53,200 nucleotides of DNA. It comes from Octopus bimaculoides (lineage: Eukaryota). Every line of letters starts with the position of its first letter. Positions within the stretch are counted from its first letter, which is position 1. The stretch spans positions 7,735,740 to 7,788,939 of the forward strand of contig NC_069009.1 in NCBI RefSeq assembly GCF_001194135.2, given 5' to 3'. Below are positions 13,034 through 24,887 of the stretch, piece by piece. Made by a program: the position numbers and the translations under genes. The notes below the pieces were generated by a model. That model saw only the letters and a list, made by a program, of their open reading frames with translations, was not told the DNA's origin and did not search any database.

Positions 13034-13308
13034 ATAAGAAAATGATGAAGACAGAGTGCTTTTTACAATGCGAAAAGGCAAATGTTTAATAACCTTTATA
13101 TATTTCGGGCGCAAAATTCCATTATGAAAAGTGAATGGATTAACGAAACGCGAGTTTATGCTGATCCGGCAAACATCACTCTACATAGCCGGATCTACAT
13201 AAACTCACATTTCTGATGATGGGCCGTTGAGCCTGAAATATATAAGGATTACTAAACTTGCCCTTTTCGCATAATTGAAGCTCTTTGCCTTCATTGTTTT
13301 GTTATGAT
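13034..13308. repeat. Imperfect inverted repeat (about 95-bp arms, best core 13068-13106 / 13235-13272)
   Basis: GCGAAAAGGCAAATGTTTAATAACCTTTATATATTTC is the near reverse complement of GAAATATATAAGGATTACTAAACTTGCCCTTTTCGC; weaker pairing extends on both sides. Confidence 0.75.
13208..13250 (+). ncRNA. Decayed minimal (type I, Penelope-style) hammerhead ribozyme candidate
   Basis: CTGATGA(13213-19)-T-GGGC-cgttga-GCCT-GAAA-TATATA-AGG. Core boxes and a 4-bp stem II are present, stem III is palindromic, stem I is weak (T-A, T-G, T-G). Confidence 0.4.
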
Positions 13309-13311
13309 TAG

Positions 13312-13625
13312 GGTAAAAAGGTAAAAGGTAAAGACCCCTTCGGTCATGAATGACCAGGGTTTGCACCTAGAAAGTTCCCTTCCAAAGTACAAGTCCGGGC
13401 AAAGTTGTTTATGGAAAACCAGCAGTCACCCATGCATACCAGCCTCCCCTCTCCATGCCACCGATGTTATCCAAGGGAAAGGCAAAGGGGCCGATACGGC
13501 TTGGCACCAGTGACGTTACAACTGTCTTGCTCAAGAACACAACACACAGTCCGATTCGGGAATCAAAGTCACTACCTCATGATTGTGAGCCCGATACTCT
13601 AACCACAGAGCCATCCGCCTTCACT
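13312..13625 (-). mobile_element. tRNA-headed SINE (family A head) with (TTTACC)n tail
   Basis: Minus strand TGGCTCTGTGGTTAG A box, degenerate B box, TGTTCTTGAGCAAGAC, and tail TTTACCTTTTACCTTTTTACC. Confidence 0.75.
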
Positions 13626-13867
13626 ATGTGTTTTGATTAATATATGTTTATCGTCTGTCATGTTTGATGACATATTGAAGTTCTTTATAGAATTTTTCAA
13701 TGTCATAATGCGTTGAAGAGGCATAAACATCTGCTCCACTCTTCCTTTGTTAACTATCACCGTATAATAATGGTTAAAAGTTGATAATGTCAAGGTTTTC
13801 ACAAGAAACTAGTTAAGATTTCAGATGGCTAACGTTTCCACATAGCGCGGCAACAAGTACTAATATA

Positions 13868-14057
13868 TTGATTTCAAATTTTGGCACAAGTCCAGCAAGT
13901 TCGAAGGAGAGAGCAAGTCGATTACATTGATCCCCAGTGCTCAACTGCTGCTTATTTTATCGATCTTGAAAGGATGACAGGCAAAGTTGACCTCGGCAGA
14001 ATTTTAATTCAGAACGTAAAGACGGTCGAAATACCACTAAGTATTTTGCCTGACGTG
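13868..14057 (-). mobile_element. SINE family C (head truncated)
   Basis: Homologous to the GTTCTGAGTTCAAATTCCGCCGAGGTCGACTTTGCCTTTCATCCTTTCGGGGTCGATAA body seen at 32590, 33324 and elsewhere. Confidence 0.8.
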
Positions 14058-14146
14058 GAATAACCACAAGGCCATCGACACAACAACCACCAGGATGTTA
14101 TTTGTAGAAACGAAAAAAACAAAACAAAAAAAAACATATAAGTATA

Positions 14147-14555
14147 GTGTGACTGTGTGGTAAGAAGCTTGCTTCCCAACCACATGGTTCCGGATTCAGT
14201 CCCACTGCGTGGCACCTTGGGCAAGTGTCTTCTACTATAGTATCGGACCGACCAAAGCCTTGTGAGTGGATTTGGTAGACGGAAACTGAAAAGAAGCCCG
14301 TCGTATATGTGTATATATATATATATGTATGTGTGTGTCTATATGTTTGTGTTTGTTTGTCCCCCCAACATCGCTTGACAACCGATGATGGTGTGTGTAA
14401 GTCCCAATAACTTAACGGTTCGGCAAAATAGACCGATAGAATAAGTACTAGGCTTACAAAGAATAAGTCCTTTCATCAACTAAAAAAACCTTTAAAACGG
14501 TGCTCCAGCATGACCGCGGTCTAATGACTGAAGCAAGTAAAAGATAATAAATAAA
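14147..14555 (+). mobile_element. SINE family B, near full length
   Basis: GTGTGGTAAGAAGCTTGCTTCCCAACCACATGGTTCCGGATTCAGTCCCACTGCG head through CAAGTAAAAGA end. Confidence 0.9.
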
Positions 14556-14754
14556 TTTGGCTCGTGCCAAATCGTTCGTGCGACTTCCGTCCACAGACCC
14601 ACCATATCAGATGGAAGCAGTGTAACCAGCTCTATGTGTACTAGGACTCGAAACAGTATTCAGTCATTGAATTAAAGACGATATAATGCTGAAATAATGT
14701 TTTTCTTGAATCATGTGTAATTAGTGCCAGTGGAAATATACAAGCACTTTCTAT

Positions 14755-15115
14755 GAAGACAAACATAAGCACGTTTCAGAAAATTGCAATATTATTAACT
14801 ATGGAATTTATGGCTGATGAAGTATGTCTGTCATCTCATTCAAAATGAGACACAACTACATCTGTAAAGACACAGAGTGGCTACCACATGGACATATGCG
14901 CGTTCCAGAAAATAGTAATATTATTATAAATAGAAATATAGATATTATGGCAGTTAAAGAATGTCTGGTACTTCATTTAGAATTACACATGACTCCATCT
15001 GTGAAGCCATTGAGGATCTCTAATGATGGACATATATACATTCCAGAAAATAGCAATACTGTTGTCTGTAAATAAATATAAGGTATTATCACTCGATTTT
15101 TGATGACACTGAAGA
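14755..15115 (+). repeat. Three diverged tandem units (129 and 138 bp periods)
   Basis: CAGAAAAT anchors at 14777, 14906 and 15044; in-frame peptides KHKHVSENCNII, GHMRVPENSNII and GHIYIPENSNTV. Confidence 0.65.
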
Positions 15116-15259
15116 ATGTTTTTCAAACATATTACTGATTATCATAAATTTCTTATGTAAGAAAGGAAACGTTTGATGTACTTTCTCAAAACATGATTAA
15201 TAAGAAAAAAAAGAAGAGGGGGAACATGGAAGAAAAAGAAAAAGAATTATTATTATTAT

Positions 15260-15450
15260 TTAAATGTTTTGCCACAAGAGCAGCTTGGGTGAGGTGGGGA
15301 CGAGTCGATTACATCGACCCCAGTGTTCAACTGATACTTGGATGAAAAGCAAAGTCGACCTCGGCGGAATTTGAACTCCGAACGTAGCGACGGGCTAAAT
15401 ACCGCTAAACATTTCGTCCAGCATGCTAACGACTCTGCTAGCTCGCTGCC
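15260..15450 (-). mobile_element. SINE family C
   Basis: Body homology plus head CAGCGAGCTAGCAGAGTCGTTAGCATG; followed by (CAA)n(GTA)n at 15464-15558. Confidence 0.8.
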
Positions 15451-15464
15451 TCCTCCTCCTCCTC

Positions 15465-15534
<70 letters not shown>

Positions 15535-15558
15535 GTAGTAGTAGTAGTAGTAGTAGTA

Positions 15559-17899
15559 ATGGGAAAGACATTGTTGTGTACTAAGGATCCTAAAAAGGAA
15601 AATGTTGCACACAACTCTAGACCAATAACGTGCCTTCTGCTAATATGGAAACTTATGTCAGGTGCGTTGGCCGGTGAACTGTATAGATACTTGGAAAACA
15701 GTGGGCCGCTACCTATTGAACAGAAAGGGTGCCGAAAGAGGATCCGGAGAACGAAGGATCAGCTCTTAATTGATAATCTAATTATCAGGAACTGCAAGAG
15801 AAGACACATAAACCTGAGCACGGCATGGGTTGACTATCGTAAAGCGTACGATATGATACCACACTCCTGGATAATAAAAACAATGGAAATGTATGGAGTA
15901 GCAGAAAATATGAGAAGCCTTATATGGAATAGCATGAAATGCTGGAGAACGGAATTGACAGCAGGGAATCCAGTATTAGGAGAGGCGAAAAGCATGAGCG
16001 GTATCTTCCAGGGGAACAGTGTGTCGCCACTGATCTTCGTGCTGGGAATGATCCTCTTGAGTGAAATTCTACAGAAAACAAAGTTGGGGTATAATTAGGG
16101 AAAACTGAACCATTTGCTATTCATGGACGACCTGAAGCTATTCACAGAAACTGAAGCAGAACTGGACAGCCTAGTCCAGTCTGTGTGGATTTTCTCCATT
16201 GATCGAGTTTGGACTCCCAAAATGTGCTACGATGGTGATGAGGTGAGGAAAGCTGGCCAAGACAGAGGGCATATGATTGCCAAGTGATGAAATTCAACCT
16301 CAATCCAGCTATAAATACTGGGAATACTTGAGGCAGATGGAAGCAAATACAATGACATGAAGGAAAAAAACAAAAAGAGAGTACCTGCGGCGGGTGAGAA
16401 AATATTGGCCTCAAAGCTAAATGCCAGAAACATAATTTCAGCAATAAACTCGCGCGCAGTCGCAGTAGTTCGGTATGGNNNNNNNNNNNNNNNNNNNNNN
16501 NNNNNNNNNNNNNNNNNNNNNNNNNNNNNNNNNNNNNNNNNNNNNNNNNNNNNNNNNNNNNNNNNNNNNNNNNNNNNNNNNNNNNNNNNNNNNNNNNNNN
16601 NNNNNNNNNNNNNNNNNNNNNNNNNNNNNNNNNNNNNNNNNNNNNNNNNNNNNNNNNNNNNNNNNNNNNNNATAAATGAAGAGAGCAAATGGAGGAAGAG
16701 AACTGATAAGTGTGGAAGACTGAGTGCGTATCGAACTCGAGAGTTTAATGAGATACCTGGCGCAAAGTAAGGAAACTTTGCTAGTAACAGTTAGGAACAA
16801 GGAAGTATTAAAAGCAGAGAAAAAAGGGAAAACAAAGGAAGAAGTGCAAAAAGGGCATGAAGAAGAATTACGCAAGAAGGGACTACACAATCAGTTCCAT
16901 GCAGCCACAACAGAAGTTGCTGGAAAAAATGGGTGGGATCGGCTGATGAAAGGAACACTAAAAAAAGAGACTGAGTGCATTATGCTGACAGCGCAAGGCC
17001 AAGCTTTGGCTACGAACTGGAGGGTCAACCTTAGGAATGAGCAAGTGTCTCCGCTGTGATCATATCACGAACGAATGCCCTAGACTTTTCCAAAACCTCT
17101 ACGGTCGAAATACCACTAAGTATTTTGCCTGACGTGGAATAACCACAAGGTTAAAAAACAAACAACTTGAGGAAAATATATATATATGTTGAGAATTTGT
17201 TAGAAAAACGTAGGGCTTGTAGAACTTGGAATTAGATAGCGGCACATATTGTGACAGAATGCCCCATATTGGCACAGGAAGAATATAAGAAATGGAGGCA
17301 CGGCCAAGTTGTAAAAGTTTTACACTGGAAACTGTGCCAGAAACGAGGATTTGAAACTGGTAACACATGGTACAATCCTCGAGTCGAAGTGGGACTTTCC
17401 TGTTCAAACGGACAAGTTAGAAAATAATAAACTATATATTATAATCATAGATAAGGAAATGCGAAGTTGTTTACTTATCGACCCATCATGTCCGTTTGAT
17501 TCCAGGATCGCAAAGAAAGAAGAAGAAAAACAAAGAAAATAGAATCCTTTAAAATTTGAAATACGAAGAATTTGGAGCGTGCTTATAATAATTGGTATGC
17601 TGGCAACAGTAAGCCAAGATATAGACAAATGACTGAAGGAGATTGAAATAGAATGCTCGGTAGAGATCCTACAGAAAGTTTGTCTCTTAGGGACAGCAAG
17701 GATTATCAGGAGGGTTTTAAGCACTTCAAAGACTACCAGGACTAACAAGTATATATAACATACAGAAAATAGCATTACTAGGCACAGCACACATCCTACG
17801 TAAAGCACTTTCAATACAGTAAAAATAAGAGCATCACAAACCACAGCACATACCCAAGGCACACAAGTGCAGTGAAAGCACGTGATAAAAATAAGACTA

Positions 17900-17902
<3 letters not shown>
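15559..17902 (+). mobile_element. Composite of RLE (R4/Dong-like) retrotransposon fragments
   Basis: RT motifs RPITCL, EQKGCRK, WVDYRKAYDMIPHSW, IFQGNSVSPL and FMDDLKLF. The HIxxECP knuckle segment occurs twice (about 17060 and 17245). Two successive C-termini (LGTARIIRRVL; LGTAHILRKALSIQ*) precede a 3' UTR and (AAT)n tail. Confidence 0.9.
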
Positions 17903-17938
<36 letters not shown>

Positions 17939-18152
17939 CCTTTCTACTAAAGGCACAAGGCCTGAAATTTGGGGGAGGGGACTAATCGATTACATCGACT
18001 CCAGTGTTTCACTGATACTTAATTTATCGACCCCGAAAGGATGAAAGGCAAAGTTAACTTCGGTGAAATTTTGAACTCAAAACGTAAAGATGGACGAAAT
18101 ACCGCTAAGCCTTTCGCCCGGCGTGCTAACGATTCTGTCAGCTCGGCGCCTT
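17939..18152 (-). mobile_element. SINE family C embedded in (AAT)n on both sides
   Basis: Tail TGCCTTTAGTAGAAAGG-(ATT)n on minus; (AAT)n at 17903-17938 and 18157-18195. Confidence 0.9.
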
Positions 18153-18154
18153 AC

Positions 18155-18197
<43 letters not shown>

Positions 18198-19760
18198 GAA
18201 GAAGAAGGTGCCCCAGTATGACCGCAGTCTAATGACTGAAGCAAGTAAAAAGAAAAGATAAAAAAACGATATATACACTCACACACACATACATATAAAT
18301 ATATACATATATATGTGTATATACAAACACACGTATGTATGTATGTATGCATGGATAGATGAATGGATGGCATTTCTTTATGCATGTATGAATTCTATAT
18401 ATCTTTTATCGAACTCGCGGTTATAGATAAAATATGTGTGGGGACAAGTGGGAAGGGCTCGAATTTTTCTTTAGAGCTTATATTTGATTAATCTGGGTAA
18501 AACAGGTAAGCCGTGTACCTTAAGCATGAAGAGTTAAGACAAGGTAACAGACACATTAGAAGCCAGTATTAAGTGCACGTCAAGAACGATAATGGGATAT
18601 GTGCATGAAGGTTTGTTTACTTATTTGTTACCGTTTAATCAGTTAAAGAAGGGCAATCAGTGTTCCCTAGTACTTGTGTGCTTGTGTGTGTGCATCTATA
18701 ATACATTAGAAGTCAGTTTGAATCTTGCTTGCTTGCAATGTTACCCAACTAAACTGGCGCATAATGGGAAAATACTTTGAATTAAGTATACCCTGAAATG
18801 TTAATACGAACGGGATAAAACAAATTTCGCGTAAATCGGACAAGTGGTTTTAAAGATATCAGAGGTTTTCGAGGAATAAATACCCAAAAAGGTGCACAAT
18901 GGGATAATATTCCGAAAATGATCTTAATCCTGAAGTGAAGAAGCTCTTATCTTTCGATTAGACACAGTGTGACAACGAAAAGATAGGATTTTTTGTTACA
19001 GTAAACGTTTCTATTTTCGCTTTTGTTAAGCACAATCAAAGGCGGAGGTAAAGAATATGCACNNNNNNNNNNNNNNNNNNNNNNNNNNNNNNNNNNNNNN
19101 NNNNNNNNNNNNNNNNNNNNNNNNNNNNNNNNNNNNNNNNNNNNNNNNNNNNNNNNNNNNNNNNNNNNNNNNNNNNNNNNNNNNNNNNNNNNNNNNNNNN
19201 NNNNNNNNNNNNNNNNNNNNNNNNNNNNNNNNNNNNNNNNNNNNNNNNNNNNNNNNNNNNNNNNNNNNNNNNNNNNNNNNNNNNNNNNNNNNNNNNNNNN
19301 NNNNNNNNNNNNNNNNNNNNNNNNNNNNNNNNNNNNNNNNNNNNNNNNNNNNNNNNNNNNNNNNNNNNNNNNNNNNNNNNNNNNNNNNNNNNNNNNNNNN
19401 NNNNNNNNNNNNNNNNNNNNNNNNNNNNNNNNNNNNNNNNNNNNNNNNNNNNNNNNNNNNNNNNNNNNNNNNNNNNNNNNNNNNNNNNNNNNNNNNNNNN
19501 NNNNNNNNNNNNNNNNNNNNNNNNNNNNNNNNNNNNNNNNNNNNNNNNNNNNNNNNNNNNNNNNNNNNNNNNNNNNNNNNNNNNNNNNNNNNNNNNNNNN
19601 NNNNNNNNNNNNNNNNNNNNNNNNNNNNNNNNNNNNNNNNNNNNNNNNNNNNNNNNNNNNNNNNNNNNNNNNNNNNNNNNNNNNNNNNNNNNNNTCAAAA
19701 TAATTTTTGTGAATAAGAAACCATAAGGGCTTGTGTAATATAATCTGTGGAAAAGCAACC

Positions 19761-20111
19761 GTGGCTGTGTGGTAAGAAGCTTGCTTCCCAACCAACTGGT
19801 TCGGGGTTCAATCTAACTGCATGGCACTTTGAGCAAGTGTCCTCTATAAGCTTCAGGCGGACCAAAGCCTTGTGAGTGGACCTGATAGATAGAAACTGAA
19901 AGAAGCCTGTCGTGTGTATGTATACATAAGTATATGTGTGTGTATTTTCTGTCTGTGTTTGTTCCCTCACCATTGCTTGACAGCCGGTGTTGGTGTGTTT
20001 ACGTCCCCGTAACTTGGCGCTCCGGCAATAACAAACCGATAGAATAAGTACCAGGTTTTAAGAAAAGATTAGTACTGGTATCGAGTCATTCGACAAAAAA
20101 TTCTTCAAGGC
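19761..20111 (+). mobile_element. SINE family B
   Basis: Same head, linker and 3' domain as the other B copies. Confidence 0.85.
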
Positions 20112-20689
20112 ATTTTAACACCTAACACATGCATTACCGATGACTAGCGCACTACAGAATGAATATATTTGCTCTGTACCGTGGGGGCCACCGATGGTAC
20201 GCATGCTATAAATAAATGTGGTTGTTTATATAGTGAAATAGAGGATATTCAAATGGTTAAAAAATTAAAAACATGTAATTTATAACAAAATTAGACGGTT
20301 GGTGCGAAAGAAAACACAGCACAAAATGAACTCGAAGGGCAAAATGTTTAGGCTACCAAGAAATGGAGCCAGTGATATGGTCCAAATATATGCAACAGAG
20401 CGAGCCTCGCTAAAAGCATCCAAGGGTCAGCGATGTTAAACCGATTGGTGGATTCGGTCTACCACCTGTGGACTTGGAGCATAAAGTGGCAGAGAAAATA
20501 CTTAAAGGTATCTTGTCCTGTCCCACATTTTCAACCTCCACCGCCATGAACTAGAACCCGGAATGATAAAAGGCAAAGCAGATCAGAGCGGAATTGGGGT
20601 TTAGATCGCAGAGTACCAGAAGAAATGCAGCAGGGCATTGTGTGCTACGCTCTAACGATTCCTCCAATTCGTTGCTTATAAATAATAGT

Positions 20690-22920
20690 GATTTAAGAGA
20701 AAGAGAGAGAGAGAGGAAGTGATCGACAATTGAAAGCAAACGATAAGGAGAAAACACAGAAATATGGAAAGTAAAGCAGACGATGTTTTTACAATACGAC
20801 ATAAATATTGAACGAAAGGCAGACGATAAGAAACATATAAAAATAGTGAAAGAAAGACAGTCAATGAGATGAGAGAGAGAGAGTGAGACAGACAGAGTTT
20901 GAGAGAGAGAGAGAGTAAACTATGGTGTGAAAGAAGGTAGACGATAAAAAGAAATTAATTTTAAAAAACTGGAAAGAAAAGAGGATGATTCAGAAAAAAA
21001 ATAGAGAGAAAATTTGAAAGAAGCAGACGATAAGAATACTGAAAGATGGAAACAAAAGTGAGTTCAAATTGAGACAGAAACATTAAGAAGGCAACCGATA
21101 AGATGAAAATGGTGAGCTAAAAAAAATGAGAAAGACATGCAGATAGAACGGTAGAAAGAAAAGCAGATCTATACACATATAAAAAGACAGGAAGTGTATA
21201 AAAGATATAAAGTTAGTCGATGAGATTTTTTTCATACATCATCCTGTGAGGCACCTGGACAAATCATCAGTGATATCTCCTGGGGTCATCAGGTGTTTTG
21301 GTCTTTCAACATTGAAACACCCTCATCCAAACGATCCAGCCAGGATTGACCAAGCCCCAAGTTGTGTCCAATTATCTCTTTTCCTGGTAGCACATCTTTC
21401 AAGGCTCACACCTCCTGATCCATAGCCACTTTGAGGCTACTTCTACTACCTCCACAGCCAACCCCTGTGATGCCAAGCATACCGTAACCTCCGCAGAATG
21501 GACGGCCTGCAAACCCTCTCCATCCCACATCGATGGAATCACATTTTACTTGCTACCCACTACTTTGGTATAACGCCATTAACTCTGCATATTTCCTCCT
21601 CTTAGTCCCGTTTACCTCCTCGATGCCGTTTTCCCAAGGAACGGAGTGTCCCAAAAGAGAGGAGTTTAAAATAAGTGAGAAAGAAATTGTAGATATAAAT
21701 GAAGAAAATGATTGAAAGATAGATTGGAAGACGGGCAGGCTATACAATAAAAATATAGTGAAACTTTACAAAAATCTGACAATAAGATGAAAGAACGATG
21801 GATAAAAAAGTAGGCAATGAGTTTCAAATGAGAGAGAAAATTTGAAATAAAGGCAGGTGATTGAAAGTAAGATGCTAGAAAGTTGGTGTTAAGTTCCAGA
21901 TAGTCCTGATTGAGCAGTCCTAAGAACAAAGGCTTCTCACCCTTGGCTATATATAACTACATTATTCAGTGAGTCATGTATTTTTTTTAATGCGATAAGG
22001 AGTGATTTGAATGAATGGAGCTGTTATTTCTCGCAGGTGGAGTGGCTTCGTCTGGCCTACCTCATTGGTTCGAAGACAGAAAGGATGACAGACGATACTT
22101 AAAGAAATATATATAATAAACATGGGAAATTTTAAAGATAGATTGGCGATAAAAGGAAAATGATTGAAAGATAAAAAGAAGAGTAAAAGATGAAATGTAG
22201 AGCGAAAAATCTGAAAGAAACAGACGATAAATACATAAAAACATACAAAGACCTAAAGAAAGGCAAATGGTCAGTTTAAAATGAAAGAGAAACACTGGAC
22301 ATAAAATACACGATAAGAAGTAAAAGGTAGAAAAGTGCAGGAGAGTCGGTAAGAGAGAGAGAGGGGGGAGAAAGGGAGATAGAGAGAGAGAGAAAGGGAG
22401 AGAGAGAGGGAGAAAGAGATTAGAAAAACAGGCAAATGTCAGAACAAAAAAAAGATACAATGATGGAGAGAAAAATAGACTGTGTGAAGTAAAAGGACAG
22501 AAAGGCAGACGATGAGAAGAAAATTATTGAAAGATGAAAAGAGCAGACGATGTGAGAAAAGTAGACAATTTGTTAGAAGCAGACGATAAGAAGGAAAAGG
22601 TGAAAAGAATAAAAGAGCCGATGTGATTTTTTTTTTAAAGAATATATAAAATTAGTCAGATAGGAATATGAACCTGGCCAAATAATGAAGGGAAAAGCAG
22701 AGAAAATAAAATAAAATAACTGAAATGCAGACGATGAGTTTAAAAAGAGGGTAGGGGAGAAATTTTGGAAGAATAGCAGACTATATGGAGAAAATTATTG
22801 TTGAAAGATAGAAAGAAGAGAGGATGAGGGAAATTTTGAAAGAGAAACAGACGATAACAAGAAGAAAAAAAGGAAAGATGGGAAGAAAGATGGCTAAATA
22901 GACTTTGGAATGTAGAGGGC
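20690..22920 (+). repeat. Purine-rich degenerate satellite with recurring CAGACGAT core (block 1, interrupted)
   Basis: Exact CAGACGAT at 20777, 20820, 21024, 22089, 22221, 22506, 22544, 22580, 22728 and 22848 in A/G-rich spacers. Confidence 0.7.
21235..21660 (-). mobile_element. 3' fragment of a Hero-like RLE non-LTR retrotransposon
   Basis: Minus strand SVPWENGIEEVNGTKRRKYAEL, then IDVGWRGFAGR...LGITG...ASKWLWIRR, and 3' UTR TTGAAAGACCAAAACACCTGATGACCCCAGG...ATCACTGATGA. Hero assignment is from remembered motif resemblance. Confidence 0.7.
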
Positions 22921-22939
22921 AGCGATTTCTCTTTCACTA

Positions 22940-23105
22940 TTGTACTTGTTTCAGTCGCTGAACTGTGGCCATGCTGAGGCAACGACTTAAAGGAGTTTGG
23001 TCGGTCTATTCAACCCCAGTACATATTTTTGGTGTGTGAGACCTATTCTATCGAAACCGCGGATGTGCGAGGGCGTAAAGAAAGCAACACCAATTGTCAA
23101 GTTGT
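22940..23105 (-). mobile_element. SINE family B, 3' half
   Basis: TACTTGTTTCAGTCGCTG...GGCCATGCTG...CTATTCTATCG homology. Confidence 0.7.
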
Positions 23106-23469
23106 GAGAGAGTAAATCAGAAACCTCCCCCACCCATATATACACATGCATGAACATGTACTTATACATACATAGTATGCATATATATGTATGCATACGA
23201 ACAGACACATATATACATATCTATCAATCTATCTATCTATCCATCCATCCATCCATCCATCCATCTATCTATCTATCTATCTATCTATATCTGTACATAC
23301 ATACATACATACATACATACATACATGCATACATACATACACAAATTGAGGGAATGAAGCAGGTAAAAAAAATCCAGGCTACATATGTTTCCCATTTTGC
23401 AGAACCTGGGAAGTAATAATTACTCAATAAGGGGTACTCCGCTAGCTACTCATGGTCTCCGGGGCTAAT

Positions 23470-24370
23470 TCCCTAATATTTCTGGTAGTCTGTATAGAGA
23501 CGACGCCCTGTTTGCGATCCAGGACTTTAGTAACCGCGAAATAGAACATCTTAGGAAAAGAATCGGTTATTGTTTTTTTTAAAAAAATCGTTGGCCTTAG
23601 CGTCTCTTTCAGTTACAGTATTAAAACAGCTAATTTTCTAGATGTCACTATAAATTTACAAAACAACGCATTCTGCCCGTACCATAAACCCGGTGAGAAC
23701 CTTAACTATGTTAACTTTTCCTCCAATCACCGCCCGCAATCTGTCCTAAATTCCATCGTGGATAGCGTATCTTATAGGATCTCATCCTTATCCGCCAGTA
23801 AAGAAATGTTTGAGTAATACACTGAATATTATAACTCTGCCCTACAACGCGCCGGATATAAAAATTCGATTGAATACATCCTAATTTGGAACGATCCTTC
23901 CTCCACTAAACCTAGCACCACAGATATATCTACCCCTTTAGATAAAACAGAAAGTATCTCCCGTATTCCACCCTTCCCAATCTCTCCAAATTTTACTGTA
24001 GGAGCAAGCCAAACAGGAACTCCACCCACCCTGTGATCCTGGATCCCAAATCCACCGCTGCCCATCACAATACACACTAGTGTGCACCTCAATACCCCCA
24101 GCTATACTCGGGTAACTCTCTAAACCGGAATAAACTGGCCAGGACACGCGACGTTATCTGGTTCCATCCTCACTTTGACCTTAATGTTCAGACCAGAGTA
24201 CCCAAACTCTTCTTTGCCCTACTTGACAAACATTTCCGTAAGTCCAGTTCTCTTAGAAAAACCTCCAACACCCAATCGATTAAATTTTCCTACTCCACCA
24301 CAAGTAACATTAGTGCTTATAATCCGACGTCTGAACAATATGAAACTTGGGAATCAGCAATTAGTTAACT
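23470..24370 (+). mobile_element. Penelope-like element reverse transcriptase remnant
   Basis: GSLYRDDAL (catalytic), NFLDVTINL...PYHKP...YVNFSSNH...RISSLS...YNSALQRAGY (thumb), RDVIWFHPHFDLNVQT...LLDKHF and IKFSYS. These are PLE signature motifs, with stops and frameshifts. Confidence 0.85.
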
Positions 24371-24887
24371 TTAACTATACAGTAATACAACTCGCCCTAA
24401 CCATCGCACACACGCACATAAAGACGCGCACGCGCATACATGCGCCTACACACGAACACAAGTTTATGTGACTACATGCCCCATTGATCTCACACCCAGG
24501 CGCACTGTCGCCATCAACTTCCTGTCCAACCACGCACCCAAAGAAACGCCTTTTCTTATGTAGCTGCTGTCGCTCACTTAGCAGTACAGTGATATCATGT
24601 GACCTTCCTTGACCAATTGCAGCCCATCTACTACTAGCCCTCTTGTACTTCCTGTATCTCCCCGTTCATTCGAATTCTGACCGGTCTGACGTTAAGGGCT
24701 TCGAAATTTGAAGTAGCACGGTATCCGAATCAAACTGTTTTGAGCAATATGTGCATGTTTACACACACACACACACACACACACACTATAATGTAGTATA
24801 TAAATGCCGAGTGATAACACCACTGTCCAACCAGGCAGTTAACTTCAAGCGCGCTACCGGGATCATTTTCAAATTGAGCCTGTAGAT

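Noticed and set aside
14814-14850. CTGATGA box
   Set aside because: No GAAA or stems; part of the 129/138-bp repeat.
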